From: Candidatus Kapaibacterium sp.
GTDB taxonomy: Bacteria > Bacteroidota > Ignavibacteria > Kapaibacteriales > UBA2268
DNA: 64,000 nucleotides
NCBI GenBank assembly: GCA_963665665.1
Contig: OY762428.1
Location: 4,128,001 to 4,192,000, forward strand
Reading direction: 5' to 3'
The notes beneath the pieces were generated by a model. The model searched no databases, had not been told where the DNA came from, and saw nothing but the letters and a program-made list of their open reading frames with translations. Made by a program: the position numbers and the translations under genes. Of the stretch, positions 10,114 through 21,300 are shown piece by piece (position 1 is the stretch's first letter; the number at the start of each line of letters is the position of its first letter).

Positions 10114-11340
10114 ATGAAAATACTCAAAACAATTTTGGCCTTGGTAATTGTTATTGGCATAGCTGCCTGTAGCGAGAAAGAAGAGAAACCTGTAAAAGAA
10201 ACAACTGATTACATCCGGTTTTCTCAAAAAATGATTGAAACCTATGCTGAAACAGGTAATGAAAAAGAAACAATAGAATATGGATATGAAGCTCCCGATG
10301 ATATATTCTGGGTAAAGGCAGTTCACAAAGATGAAGAAGGAAATATTACAAAAACAGTGGAAAGAAAACTCGATGAAAACAGGTTGCCTGTAAGCGAAAC
10401 AGTTACAGAACTTGATATGGTAACCGAAAGTTCCGAAATGAAATTCGATCCCGAAACCAAACTTATGCTTGCTGTAAAAGAGTACCAGGGGGAATTGAAA
10501 CCCGAAAATCTTGTCAAAACTGTTGATTATGAATATAAAGACGGAGTTCTGTTTTCGCAGACAATCAACAGGTATTCACAGGATTCCTGCTTTACAAATG
10601 CCGAAGGTAAGAAAATTACCGCCACATATAAGATGCGCTATATGCCTGCACCTAAACACAGGCCTAAAGGGAATTATCCTGCAGCAACTGTTCTTGAAGA
10701 AATGGTTGTTTATAATACCGAGTGTTGCGACAAAAGCGATAAATCGCATCACGATAATAAAAAATGCGATGAAGAAGCAAAGAAGAAATTAGGCCAGGTA
10801 GTTCAAAAAGGGTTTACTGAATTTGATAAAGACGGCTATCCCGTGCACTATTATACTGACACTCCTGATTGCGACCACCACGCCGCTGAGGAATGGTACA
10901 AAACTGAAAAAGATGATAAAGGAAATGTAATTGCAGTAACCGGCTATATGAACAAAGCTCTCGATTCCAGCAGTTTCAGGAATGTCAGAACATCCTATAC
11001 TTATGATGAAAATGGCTTAGTTGCTTCAGTAGCAGAACACCGCTATAATCCCGAGAATGGAAAGTATGAATTGATGCATGATTTTCAGGGCTTCAAGTGG
11101 AACCCTACCGGATTGAATAATGATTACAGGCTATATTGTCCGGATACCAGGTCAGAGCACTATTGTTTTGGTGCGAAACATTACTCGGTATCAACAAAGA
11201 CAGTTGAAAAGAAAGAGGGAGTAAAAATTGCTACATACATGAGTTTTGATATGCCAAGCGAAGAAGGCGCAAAACCGGAATTAGTTGAACTGAAAAAAGA
11301 AAAACAGGTAACAGTTAAGTTTGAAATGATAACAAAATAA
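10114..11340 (+). CDS. Hypothetical lipoprotein with YD-like beta-hairpins and Cys/His-rich inserts
   Basis: Lipobox GIAAC; GGAG RBS; YTYDENG- and EFDKDG-type repeats. Confidence 0.75.
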   Translation: MKILKTILALVIVIGIAACSEKEEKPVKETTDYIRFSQKMIETYAETGNEKETIEYGYEAPDDIFWVKAVHKDEEGNITKTVERKLDENRLPVSETVTELDMVTESSEMKFDPETKLMLAVKEYQGELKPENLVKTVDYEYKDGVLFSQTINRYSQDSCFTNAEGKKITATYKMRYMPAPKHRPKGNYPAATVLEEMVVYNTECCDKSDKSHHDNKKCDEEAKKKLGQVVQKGFTEFDKDGYPVHYYTDTPDCDHHAAEEWYKTEKDDKGNVIAVTGYMNKALDSSSFRNVRTSYTYDENGLVASVAEHRYNPENGKYELMHDFQGFKWNPTGLNNDYRLYCPDTRSEHYCFGAKHYSVSTKTVEKKEGVKIATYMSFDMPSEEGAKPELVELKKEKQVTVKFEMITK

Positions 11341-11378
11341 GTTTATATATCATATTTTCTGAGTAGTAAATATTGTTT

Positions 11379-11418
11379 TAACTCATCCGGTGGCCCTAAC
11401 TAACCGGATGAGTTTTTT
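11379..11418 (+). terminator. Intrinsic terminator
   Basis: AACTCATCCGGT...ACCGGATGAGTT followed by a T-run. Confidence 0.75.
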
Positions 11419-11507
11419 ATTTCTGAGAGATACAAATTTCATGAGTGAAGTGATAAGAAATTTGATAGTCGAACATTTCCAAAGTCTATCTGTGGTTCTA
11501 CCCGAGA

Positions 11508-12971
11508 CTAACTTCTTCTGATCAGTTTTTTTAATGCTGATATTTCTTCTTTGCTGAAGAAACGGAAAGTGTAAAGAATGATCAGGAATACTGCTATAGC
11601 TAACGTTCTGACCAGAAAATCAATAATTCCGAATTCATCTACTGATATTGTAGTTGTAACAAAATATACAGGCAAAGCAGCACACCATAATAAAATGATT
11701 CTTTTCCACTCGTATTGGTTGGGATAAACCTTCAGGGTGAAATAATACATGACCAAAGCGCTGACAGCGTAGGCCACAAGTGTTGCCCATGCTGAACCCA
11801 AATAACCAAACCACGGTATCAGGACAATATTTAATATTATATTTGATATTGCTGCAGCTCCTACTGCTATGGGCAGAAATTTTGTCTGCTTGGTAATATG
11901 GAAGCCGGCGGCAAAATTGTTGAATGCTCCGTTGAAATAGTAACCAATCAGGATTATAGGGATAATTCCCATTCCGCTCCAAAAATCAGGGCTGATAAAA
12001 CGTCCGCCTACAAAGGGTAAGCGAACCATAAAATCCATGTAAAGGCTTACGGTAAGAAATATTATGGCAGAAAACATTGAAAAATAAGTAAAAATCCTGG
12101 CAAAAAGCTGCTTGGAATTTTTATCTTTGAAATGATTCAGATAAAAAGGTTTCCATGCATATTCAAAAACTGTTACAAATAGCATCATTGGAATGCCAAG
12201 CTTGTAATTCATCTCGTACATTCCAAGTGTATCATCATTTGTCATGGCTTTCAGTATTGGCCTGTCGGCAACATTCAGAATCATGATTGATAAACTTGCC
12301 GGAATGGTTGGAATACCGAAAATTATCATATCCTTCAAGAGCTTAGAGTCAAATTTCAAACTCAGATTTTTTAGAATATCTCTCGAGAAAAGCAGAACAC
12401 CTGTACCTGAAGCTATCAGGTTCGCCAGAAAAGCACCCGAGGCATCCCATTTCAAATATACGATCAGATAAATGTTAAGGCCGACAGTTATTAATATCAT
12501 CAGAAACCTCGTTAATGCAAACCTGCCTGCTTTTCTTGTCATTCTGAGGTAAGCAAACGGAATCCATGTAAGAGCATCCAGGAAGGGAATATAGGCAGCA
12601 TACCTTATTAATTCGGCTCCGTTACTTCCATTACTGACATAAGGACCGATATTTTCTGCAAGGGAGAATATGATTGTAGATATAATACCGCTAAGAAGGC
12701 CAATAAATATAAAACTATGGCTGAAGGCCTTTTTCGATTGTTTAATATCATCTTTAGAAAAGAACCTGAAATAGGCAGATTCCATACCAAGTGAATAGAT
12801 GATATTCATAAACGCCAGAACTGAAAAAACAAAACCAATGTTGCCAAGTTCAGATACGGTTAGATAATTCGAATATATAGGGAAAAGCATAAAGGTCAGA
12901 AAGCGGCCAACAATGGTAAAAACACCATATATTGCGGTATCCGAAGCCAGTGATTTCAGTTCTTTTTTCAT
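11508..12971 (-). CDS. Oligosaccharide flippase (MOP/Wzx family)
   Basis: Many TM helices; N-terminal LASDTAIYG...; DRPILK motif. Confidence 0.85.
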   Translation of the reverse strand: MKKELKSLASDTAIYGVFTIVGRFLTFMLFPIYSNYLTVSELGNIGFVFSVLAFMNIIYSLGMESAYFRFFSKDDIKQSKKAFSHSFIFIGLLSGIISTIIFSLAENIGPYVSNGSNGAELIRYAAYIPFLDALTWIPFAYLRMTRKAGRFALTRFLMILITVGLNIYLIVYLKWDASGAFLANLIASGTGVLLFSRDILKNLSLKFDSKLLKDMIIFGIPTIPASLSIMILNVADRPILKAMTNDDTLGMYEMNYKLGIPMMLFVTVFEYAWKPFYLNHFKDKNSKQLFARIFTYFSMFSAIIFLTVSLYMDFMVRLPFVGGRFISPDFWSGMGIIPIILIGYYFNGAFNNFAAGFHITKQTKFLPIAVGAAAISNIILNIVLIPWFGYLGSAWATLVAYAVSALVMYYFTLKVYPNQYEWKRIILLWCAALPVYFVTTTISVDEFGIIDFLVRTLAIAVFLIILYTFRFFSKEEISALKKLIRRS

Positions 12972-12975
12972 AATA

Positions 12976-14274
12976 TTAAATGCTTCCTGTCAGGATTGAT
13001 TCCCCGGTATAAAAAGCGCCGGCAATGCACGCTGTCATCATACATGCCAGGTTTGCAGCCAAAAGAGCCCTTGGTGCGACGGCTGCTAAATCATTTTTTC
13101 TGTCCGGCGCAAGAGCAGTTATACCACCGGTAAAAATTGCCACTGAAGCTGCATGAGCAAACCCGCAAAGAGCATAAGTTGTAATTACTATTGAGCGCGG
13201 GTCATTAAATTCGCCATTCTTTATCAAAACCGAAAGCTCCTGGTAAGAAACAACCTCGGTTAAAATCAGCCTTTCCCCGACAAGTTTGGATACAGTTCCG
13301 GCATCAGAAGAAGGTACACCCATAACATACGAGAAAGGATAAAATATATATCCCAGAATGTTTTCTATACTGAATTCCCAGTTGGTTCCGAAAAATGAGT
13401 TAAAAAGGCCTCCGAATCCTCCGAAAATGAGATTCACGAGTGTCATTATACTAATAACAGCAATTAAAAGCGCTACAATCCCGACTAACATCTGGAATCC
13501 TGTATTTGATCCGCTAATTATCGATCCAAATAAACTTTTATCCACTTTAAAATATGGCGGAACATATTTTCCGTATGTTTCTGCTGTTCCGGTTTCGGGT
13601 ACAAGTATTTTTGACATAACAATTGCTGCGGGAGCAGACAGGAGGGAAGCGGAAATCAAATGCCCTGCGATCATAGGAAATACATCATAAAGAAACAAGG
13701 TATAAGTGGCAAAAATACTTGAGGCCACTGTTGCCATTCCGGCTGTCAGAGCAGTACACAGTTCTGAGCGTGTCATTTGGGAAAGATAAGGTTTTATAGT
13801 TATTGTGGATTCAATCCCAACAAAAATATTACTGGCAGCTGATAAAGATTCAGCACCTGATGTCTTCATCAATTTTGCAAAAAGTACTGCAAAGCCTTTT
13901 AAAATTTTGGGCATAATATTATAATAATACAGCACCGACATAATTGCAGCAAAGAAAATTATTGATGGAAATACCTGGAAAGCTAATATAAAACCAATGC
14001 TTCCTTCCTTTCCGGGGCCCCTGCCAAGTGGCCCGAAAACGAATTCGGCTCCGGCAAAGGAAGATTCCAAAGCCTTCATCACAATATCGTTTAAAAGAAG
14101 AAAGAACTTGGATCCATAAGGAAATACAAAAACGAAAAGCCCTGCTGCTATCTGCAGAGCCAATCCGGCAATTACAGTTCTTTTATTTATTGCTTTTCTG
14201 TTTGTCGAAAAAATCCATCCTACAAACAATAGAAAAAACAGGCCTGCGAAACTTATTGCATTATAATGAGACAT
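12976..14274 (-). CDS. NupC/CNT concentrative nucleoside transporter
   Basis: GAEFVFG, SGAESLSAASNIFVG, GMATVA, YALCGFA motifs. Confidence 0.9.
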   Translation of the reverse strand: MSHYNAISFAGLFFLLFVGWIFSTNRKAINKRTVIAGLALQIAAGLFVFVFPYGSKFFLLLNDIVMKALESSFAGAEFVFGPLGRGPGKEGSIGFILAFQVFPSIIFFAAIMSVLYYYNIMPKILKGFAVLFAKLMKTSGAESLSAASNIFVGIESTITIKPYLSQMTRSELCTALTAGMATVASSIFATYTLFLYDVFPMIAGHLISASLLSAPAAIVMSKILVPETGTAETYGKYVPPYFKVDKSLFGSIISGSNTGFQMLVGIVALLIAVISIMTLVNLIFGGFGGLFNSFFGTNWEFSIENILGYIFYPFSYVMGVPSSDAGTVSKLVGERLILTEVVSYQELSVLIKNGEFNDPRSIVITTYALCGFAHAASVAIFTGGITALAPDRKNDLAAVAPRALLAANLACMMTACIAGAFYTGESILTGSI

Positions 14275-14283
14275 ATTGTCGGA

Positions 14284-15963
14284 TTAGTCCTTAATCAATT
14301 TTTTATAATGAATACGTTTCGGGCCGGAATCTCCAAGCCTTGCCTTTTTATTTTCTTCATAATCAGAATATGTACCCTCGAAGAAATAAACCTGCGAATC
14401 ACCTTCGAAAGCAAGGATATGAGTTGCAACCCTGTCCAGGAACCATCTGTCGTGAGAGATCACCACTGCACAACCGGCGAAGTTTTCGAGGCCTTCCTCC
14501 AGCGCGCGGAGCGTATTCACGTCAATATCATTTGTTGGTTCGTCAAGTAAAAGCACATTCGCTTCGCTTTTCAGTGTCAGGGCAAGGTGCAGCCTGTTTC
14601 TTTCACCGCCTGAAAGATATCCGCATTTCTTTTGCTGATCCTGCCCGCTGAAATTGAACCTTGCTACATAGGCTCGGGAATTAATCGTCCTTCCGCCAAC
14701 ATTTAGCAGGTCATTACCTTCGGAAACAACTTCCCAAACAGTTTTCTCAGGATCTATGTCGGTATGGGCCTGATCAACGTAACCAAGCTCAACAGTATCA
14801 CCAATTTCAAAATTGCCGTTATCGGCAGTTTCCTGCCCCATTATCATACGGAATAAAGTGGTTTTACCGGCTCCGTTCGGGCCGATAATCCCAACAATAC
14901 CTGCGGGCGGAAGGTTGAATTCAAGGTTTTCGAACAGTAGTTTGTCGCCATACGCTTTTGAAACTTTATTTGAAATAATTACTTTATCGCCCAGCCTGGG
15001 GCCGTTTGGTATAAATATTTCCAGGTTCTGTTCTTTTTCATCTACATCCTGGCTGAGCATTTTTTCATAAGCGGCCAGCCTTGCTTTGGATTTAGTCTGT
15101 TTTGCTTTGGGGCTCATCCTTACCCATTCAAGTTCTCTTTCAAGTGTTTTCCTGCGTTTACTCTCAGATTTTTCTTCCTGCTCAAGGCGTTTGGATTTCT
15201 GTTCCAGCCAGGATGAATAATTGCCTTTCCAGGGAATGCCATGCCCGCGATCAAGTTCAAGTATCCAACCTGCAACATTATCAAGAAAATACCTGTCGTG
15301 AGTGATAGCTATAACGGTTCCTTTATATTGCTTTAGGTGCATTTCCAACCATTGAACTGATTCTGCATCAAGGTGGTTTGTCGGCTCGTCAAGCAGCAGG
15401 ATATCAGGTTCCTGCAATAGCAGTCTGCATAATGCAACACGTCTGGCTTCACCGCCGGACAGGTTATCAACCGGAGTATCACCCGGTGGGCAGCGCAGTG
15501 CGTCCATGGCACGTTCCAGCCTGCTGTCAAGTTCCCAACCGTTGCGCCTTTCAATTTCATCAGTCAGTTCGCCCTGGCGTTCGATAAGTTTGTTCATCTC
15601 ATCGTCATCCATCGGCTCGGCAAATTTCATACTGACTTCTTCATATTCTTTAAGTATATCAACAAGTTCCTGCGTACCCTGCTGAACAACTTCCTTAACT
15701 GTAAGGCCTGGCTCCAGTTGCGGATCCTGCTCCAGATAACCGACAGAATAGCCGGGAGAAAAAACTACTTCGCCGTTGTATGATGTTTCGATACCGGCTA
15801 TGATCTTAAGAAGTGTTGATTTACCGGCACCGTTCAGGCCTATAATACCTATCTTTGCACCGTAAAAGAACGATAGGTAAATATCTTTCAGTACATTTTT
15901 TGCAGGAGGGAAGGTTTTACTAACACCTACCATTGAAAATATTATTTTTTTATCATCAGCCAT
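14284..15963 (-). CDS. ettA: Energy-dependent translational throttle protein EttA (ABC-F)
   Basis: LSFFYGAKIGIIGLNGAGKST, two ABC domains, LERELEWVR linker. Confidence 0.95.
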   Translation of the reverse strand: MADDKKIIFSMVGVSKTFPPAKNVLKDIYLSFFYGAKIGIIGLNGAGKSTLLKIIAGIETSYNGEVVFSPGYSVGYLEQDPQLEPGLTVKEVVQQGTQELVDILKEYEEVSMKFAEPMDDDEMNKLIERQGELTDEIERRNGWELDSRLERAMDALRCPPGDTPVDNLSGGEARRVALCRLLLQEPDILLLDEPTNHLDAESVQWLEMHLKQYKGTVIAITHDRYFLDNVAGWILELDRGHGIPWKGNYSSWLEQKSKRLEQEEKSESKRRKTLERELEWVRMSPKAKQTKSKARLAAYEKMLSQDVDEKEQNLEIFIPNGPRLGDKVIISNKVSKAYGDKLLFENLEFNLPPAGIVGIIGPNGAGKTTLFRMIMGQETADNGNFEIGDTVELGYVDQAHTDIDPEKTVWEVVSEGNDLLNVGGRTINSRAYVARFNFSGQDQQKKCGYLSGGERNRLHLALTLKSEANVLLLDEPTNDIDVNTLRALEEGLENFAGCAVVISHDRWFLDRVATHILAFEGDSQVYFFEGTYSDYEENKKARLGDSGPKRIHYKKLIKD

Positions 15964-16095
15964 TTTTTTGTTTCTCCGTTTAGTTATAAATGTATTTCTA
16001 CAAATTTACGATTAATATTTATTTGATTATATAAATGTTTAACTATATATTATTAATAATTTTTTTTAAATTAAAGGAAAAACCTTGGGATATAC

Positions 16096-17532
16096 ATGAG
16101 AATTCTAATTATTGAAGATCTACCGTCATTTCAGAAGTATGTAGAAAAAATACTGATGCTGGAGTATCGAAAAGAACTTTATGTGAAATCAGCAGATACT
16201 CTTGAAAAAGGACTGAAAATAATTAAAGAAGAAAATTTCGATATTTTTCTTTGTGATCTTGGATTACCGGACAGCAAAGGAGTTAATACAATTGAAGAAG
16301 TTAGGAAGATAAACAGGGTTACTCCCATCGTAATTATGTCTGCCAAAAATGATGAGGAAACCGTGATGGGGGCTTTAAGAAAAGATGCACAGGATTATCT
16401 ATTCAAAACCGAGATAAAAAGAGAAAACCTGATAAGGGCTATAAAGTATTCGATTGAAAGAAAAAAGCTTGAGCTAAAATGCAGGGAAACTGCATCAAGG
16501 CTGCATGCTGTAATGGATTCAATCCCTGATTTGATTTTGATCATGGATTTTGATAATAACATACTTGATTATTATACAAGTGACAGCAGTAAATTTCTTT
16601 TCGAACCGGAAGAAATGATCAATAAAAATCTTCTTGATCTTATTCCTGATGAATTTATCAACTTAGGCCGCAAACATTTTGACAGGGCAAAGATAACCGG
16701 TGAAATGCAGCAGTATTCTCACAGGTTTGAAAGAAATAATATCGAAAGATATTATGATTACAGAGTTAAACCTTTTGATAATGATAAGATTATGTTTATT
16801 ATCCGTGATCTGACAAAAGAAAAGGAATTTGAACGTCAGGTGTTTGAAAGCCAGAAAATGAAGGCTATTAGTAACCTTTCAGGTTCTGTGGCACATGAAT
16901 TCAACAGCCTGATGACTGCTGTTATCAATTATTCCGAATTGATAGGACAAATTGATAAAACATCACCCGAAGTTAAAACTTTTGCGGGTAAAATATTTGA
17001 TACTGCAACAAGAGCTGCAAAGCTATCATCGGAAATGCTTGCTTTTTCCAGTATGCAGATGTTTAATCCCGTTGAAATGAATTTTAATGAAGTTATAAAT
17101 AATATGCGTTCCATTTTCGAAAGCCTTGCCGGTGATGATATTCAATTATCATATCATCTTGATCACACACTGCCAAATGTTATCTTTGATACGAATCAGT
17201 TCCGCCAGATTATTATGAATTTAATTCTCAATGCGGTTCATGCCTGCAAAAATCAAGGCAAAGAGATAGTAATTGTTAGCAAAGCAATTAGCAGCCCAAA
17301 AGGTATTTATTCAGTATTAACTGTGATTGACAATGGTATTGGAATCCCCGAGGAAAATAAGTCAAGGATTTTTGAGCCTTTCTTTACACACGGTAAAGGA
17401 ACTAATTCAACGGGCCTGGGACTTTCGGTAGTTTATGGAATATTGATGCAACATGACGGATTTATTGAATTCGAATCCGGAATTAATAAGGGCAGTAAGT
17501 TTAGTGTATATATACCCAAAAAGGTGAAATAA
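16096..17532 (+). CDS. Hybrid REC-PAS-histidine kinase
   Basis: ILIIED...DLGLPDSKG receiver domain; PAS; VAHEFNS H-box; NLILNA, DNGIG, GLGL. Confidence 0.9.
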   Translation: MRILIIEDLPSFQKYVEKILMLEYRKELYVKSADTLEKGLKIIKEENFDIFLCDLGLPDSKGVNTIEEVRKINRVTPIVIMSAKNDEETVMGALRKDAQDYLFKTEIKRENLIRAIKYSIERKKLELKCRETASRLHAVMDSIPDLILIMDFDNNILDYYTSDSSKFLFEPEEMINKNLLDLIPDEFINLGRKHFDRAKITGEMQQYSHRFERNNIERYYDYRVKPFDNDKIMFIIRDLTKEKEFERQVFESQKMKAISNLSGSVAHEFNSLMTAVINYSELIGQIDKTSPEVKTFAGKIFDTATRAAKLSSEMLAFSSMQMFNPVEMNFNEVINNMRSIFESLAGDDIQLSYHLDHTLPNVIFDTNQFRQIIMNLILNAVHACKNQGKEIVIVSKAISSPKGIYSVLTVIDNGIGIPEENKSRIFEPFFTHGKGTNSTGLGLSVVYGILMQHDGFIEFESGINKGSKFSVYIPKKVK

Positions 17533-18276
17533 ATGTTACTTTTCAAGTTAATATCCAACATTAGAAATATATTTGTTTTCATAGTATTGTTTTCAACGGT
17601 CAATTCCATCAGCAGTAAGGAAACAGATATACTCAGGCAAAGAGTAGACTATTACAAGCAGCGTTACGGTGATAAATGCCTTCAGGAGAAAATTACAGAT
17701 AATTTCGGTAATGGTTTCGAGGATTTGTACGGTACCCGAAACCTCAGGCCTGTAATTCACGGGATAGTATACCGTGGCGGGGCGAACAATTATTATCATA
17801 AATTAAACAAAAGGAAGAACAGCAATCCATTACCGATGGATGGCCTTATCCACCTTGCAAAAGAAGGCTTCAGCTCGGCTGTTTATCTTTATGCCAAGAA
17901 TTTTAATGAAAATGATTCCCTGATTCTGTCAGGCAGCGATACACTCAGATATTATAATAATACGCTGGACAACAAAAAGGATATCCGTGAAATGCTTGAA
18001 CTTGTGAAAAGTGTTTTCGATCATCCGGAGAAAGGCCCGGTTTACCTGCATTGCTGGAATGGCTGGCATCAGTCAGGCTACGCTTCGGCTCTTGTTTTGA
18101 TGCAGTTTTGCGGCTTTTCCAATTCCGAGGCTGCCGAATACTGGAGATCATGTGCTGACGGTGGTACCAAAGGTTATGAGCACATTATCAGGAAAATCAT
18201 GAAATTCAAACCTTTTCCGGATTTAAAAGTTAAACCTGACGGGAAAGAATATTTTTGCCCCTGTAACGAAAATTAG
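17533..18276 (+). CDS. Exported protein-tyrosine-phosphatase-fold protein
   Basis: Signal-like N-terminus; NLRPV..GIVYRGG; GPVYLHCWNGWHQSG P-loop-like motif. Confidence 0.65.
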   Translation: MLLFKLISNIRNIFVFIVLFSTVNSISSKETDILRQRVDYYKQRYGDKCLQEKITDNFGNGFEDLYGTRNLRPVIHGIVYRGGANNYYHKLNKRKNSNPLPMDGLIHLAKEGFSSAVYLYAKNFNENDSLILSGSDTLRYYNNTLDNKKDIREMLELVKSVFDHPEKGPVYLHCWNGWHQSGYASALVLMQFCGFSNSEAAEYWRSCADGGTKGYEHIIRKIMKFKPFPDLKVKPDGKEYFCPCNEN

Positions 18277-18326
18277 AATTAACTTGTCTTATAATAAAAA
18301 AATAGCAACAAATAACGGAGATATTC

Positions 18327-21300
18327 ATGTGTAAGAGGACGATTCAGCTTATTGCACTGGCTTTTGTTTTTATTTTCTCAAATGCTTATTCCGGCCAGAC
18401 TGATTATGAGAAAGCCTGGGAGGAATTATTTAATAATAACGAAAAGGAAGCCGCGAAGCTTTTCCTGAAAGCCGCGGAAGATAAATCAGGGCCTGATTCA
18501 AAATTTGGATGGCTGATGCTGGCCATGATAGAGAACCAGGTTGAAACAGAGAAATTTGCCGGATTTAATTATTTCCAGAACTTTATTAAAGAAGAAAAGA
18601 ATCCCGAACCATATATTTTTGCTCTTTGGCCCACAATGGCAGTGAATTCAGGCTATAATGCAAAAGATGAAAGACAGCTTGATTTCCTGAATTCAATCCT
18701 GGAATCGAATAAATATAGCGGAACCCTTAAAGCTATGGCTGCCGAAATGATAGCTAAGCATTACGACCAAAAAATGGAATGGGATGATGCCGATGAATAC
18801 TATAGTATGATGGGCGCTATCATGGACTGGTCCTTTGCCGGGGAATTCGAAAATATTTCTGCCAGTGGGTTCGATAAAAATTACCCACCTGTTTTCAAAC
18901 CCGAAAATGATAATGTTTTTACGAATAAATATGGTGCTGAAGTCAGTTGGTTTTCCTGTGATAAAACCAGAACAGGGGAATGGATTCGCTTTACCAAGCA
19001 TTTCTATTTTCATAATGCGATAATATATGCACAAACCTTCGTTAACAGCCCGAAAGAGCAGACAGCTTTTATCCGTGTCGGTACATCGGGATCGTTGAAA
19101 ATATTTGTTAACGACAGCCTGGCATTAAGTGAGTCCGAAGAGAGAAATAATAATCTTGATACATATATAACCGAAGTAACATTGTCAAAAGGCTTTAATC
19201 GTTTGCTTCTTCAAATTGGTGAAAGCGAAGCCGGAGATTCAAATTTCATGTGCAGGATAACCGATAAGGAAGGAAATCCAATCAACGGATTATCTGTTCA
19301 GCCGGTATACTCCAAATCGGGAACAGCTTACAAGCCTTATAAAGGCATTAAACCTGTAGTACATCAACTGGACCCCGAAAAATATTTCGAAGATATGCTG
19401 GAAAAATATCCCGGCAATCCCGTTTTTACTCTTATGCTGTCAGAAACTTACCTTCTTAACGATAAGGTACAGAAGGCAAGAATGGTATTCGAGAAATTAG
19501 CCGAAAAACATCCTGATTGCGTTTTCCTTCTTGTTAAGGAAGTTACAGTTCTTCTCAGGGATGACAACAGAACTGAGCTAAGCAGGAAAGTTGAAAAAAT
19601 AAGGGATATTGATCCGAATCAGCCATTCGCGCTGACAGTGAATTTCCAGGAAGCAATGGATAACAAGGAATACGAGGAAGCTGCGGAATATTTGAAATCT
19701 CTCGAAGATTATTATGATAAAGAAATTGCCGATGTTTATAATTTCAGAATTCAGCTTGCCTCGGCACGCCAGGAAACCCAGAAAATGATAGAACTGATAC
19801 AGGAAGCTTACGCGAAATATCCCGAGAACCAGGCATTTGTTAATATGATGTTTATGGTACAGAACAGAGTGTTTCAGGATAAATCAAAAGCTGTGGATAT
19901 TCTGGAAGATTACCTTGACGAGCATTTTTCGGTTTCTATGTTAAAAACAAGAGCAGGATTTTATCTTAATGACGGAGATATGCAGGATGCTTTTGACCTT
20001 CTGGAAGTTTTAGTGGAATCAGAACCCGATAATGATTCTCATCTGAATTATATTGGAGAATTGTATTATGATTTGGGTAAATATGCCAAAGCAAGGGAAT
20101 ATTTCAGTAAATGTATTGAAATTGCCCCTTATGTGGGTTCTTACCATGCGGATATGGCAAAAACATACGAACAGGAAAATTTTGTGGGTGATGCAGTAAA
20201 ATTATATGAGAAATGCATTTACTATTCCCCGACTGATTACGATGTTCGGGCAAAGATAAGGGAATTAAAAGGCAATCGCCCGATATTTGAATTCTTTGAT
20301 GAACCTGACCTCTACGCATTATTTGAAAATGCTCCGGAACAGGATAAATATCCCGAGGATAACAGCCTGATACTTCTCGATGAAGTTCAGCGAGTTGTTT
20401 ATGGCAGGGGAGCCTCGGAAGAAAAACATTACATGGCTGTAAAGATTTTCAATGCTTCCGGGATTGATGCCTGGAAGGAAATGTACGTTCCGTACAGCAA
20501 CCAAAGATATAATATTGAAAAAGCAGAAGTGATAAAGAAAGACGGCAGTAAGATAAAAGCGGAAATAAGCGGTTCACATGTTGTTTTTACCACACTTGAG
20601 GAAGGTGACGGGATAATAATTATTTATAAACTTCAGGATTCACGTCACGTAGGTTTGGAAGGGAATTTCTGGGATAAACACTACTTTTCAATGTATGTTC
20701 CTTATCTGAAATCAAAGTATTCCCTGCTTATCAATCCTGATATCGAATTTGAACATAGGGTTATTAACTCCGAAATGAAGCCTGAAATTACTGATGTCAA
20801 TTCCTTTAAAATGTACGTGTGGGAAAAGCTTGACCAGCCGAGTATAAAATATGAAACACTTATGCCAGGGCTCGGGGATGTTGGAGAAATTCTTCATATC
20901 TCGTCTATTCCGGATTGGGATTACGTATCCAAGTGGTATTCCAGGCTGGCAAAAACAAAGGCTAAATCCGATATTGAAGTGCGTGAACTTGTAAGGGAAC
21001 TATTCGACGGAAAAGATAATCTTAAGGAATCTGAAATCGTACGTATGATATATGATTATATAGTTAAAAATATTCGCTACAGCTATGTTTCTTTTCGTCA
21101 GAGCGGAATGATACCACAGAAAGCCTCCAAAACTATTAATACCAAGATTGGGGATTGCAAGGACGTTTCCACACTGTTTGTTGCAATGTGCAGCGAAATG
21201 GACGTGAATTCCCAGCTTGTGCTGGTGGATACCAGGGACAACGGCAAGCTGGATATGGCATTGCCATCAATTGATTTCGACCACTGTATTGCTGCGGTAA

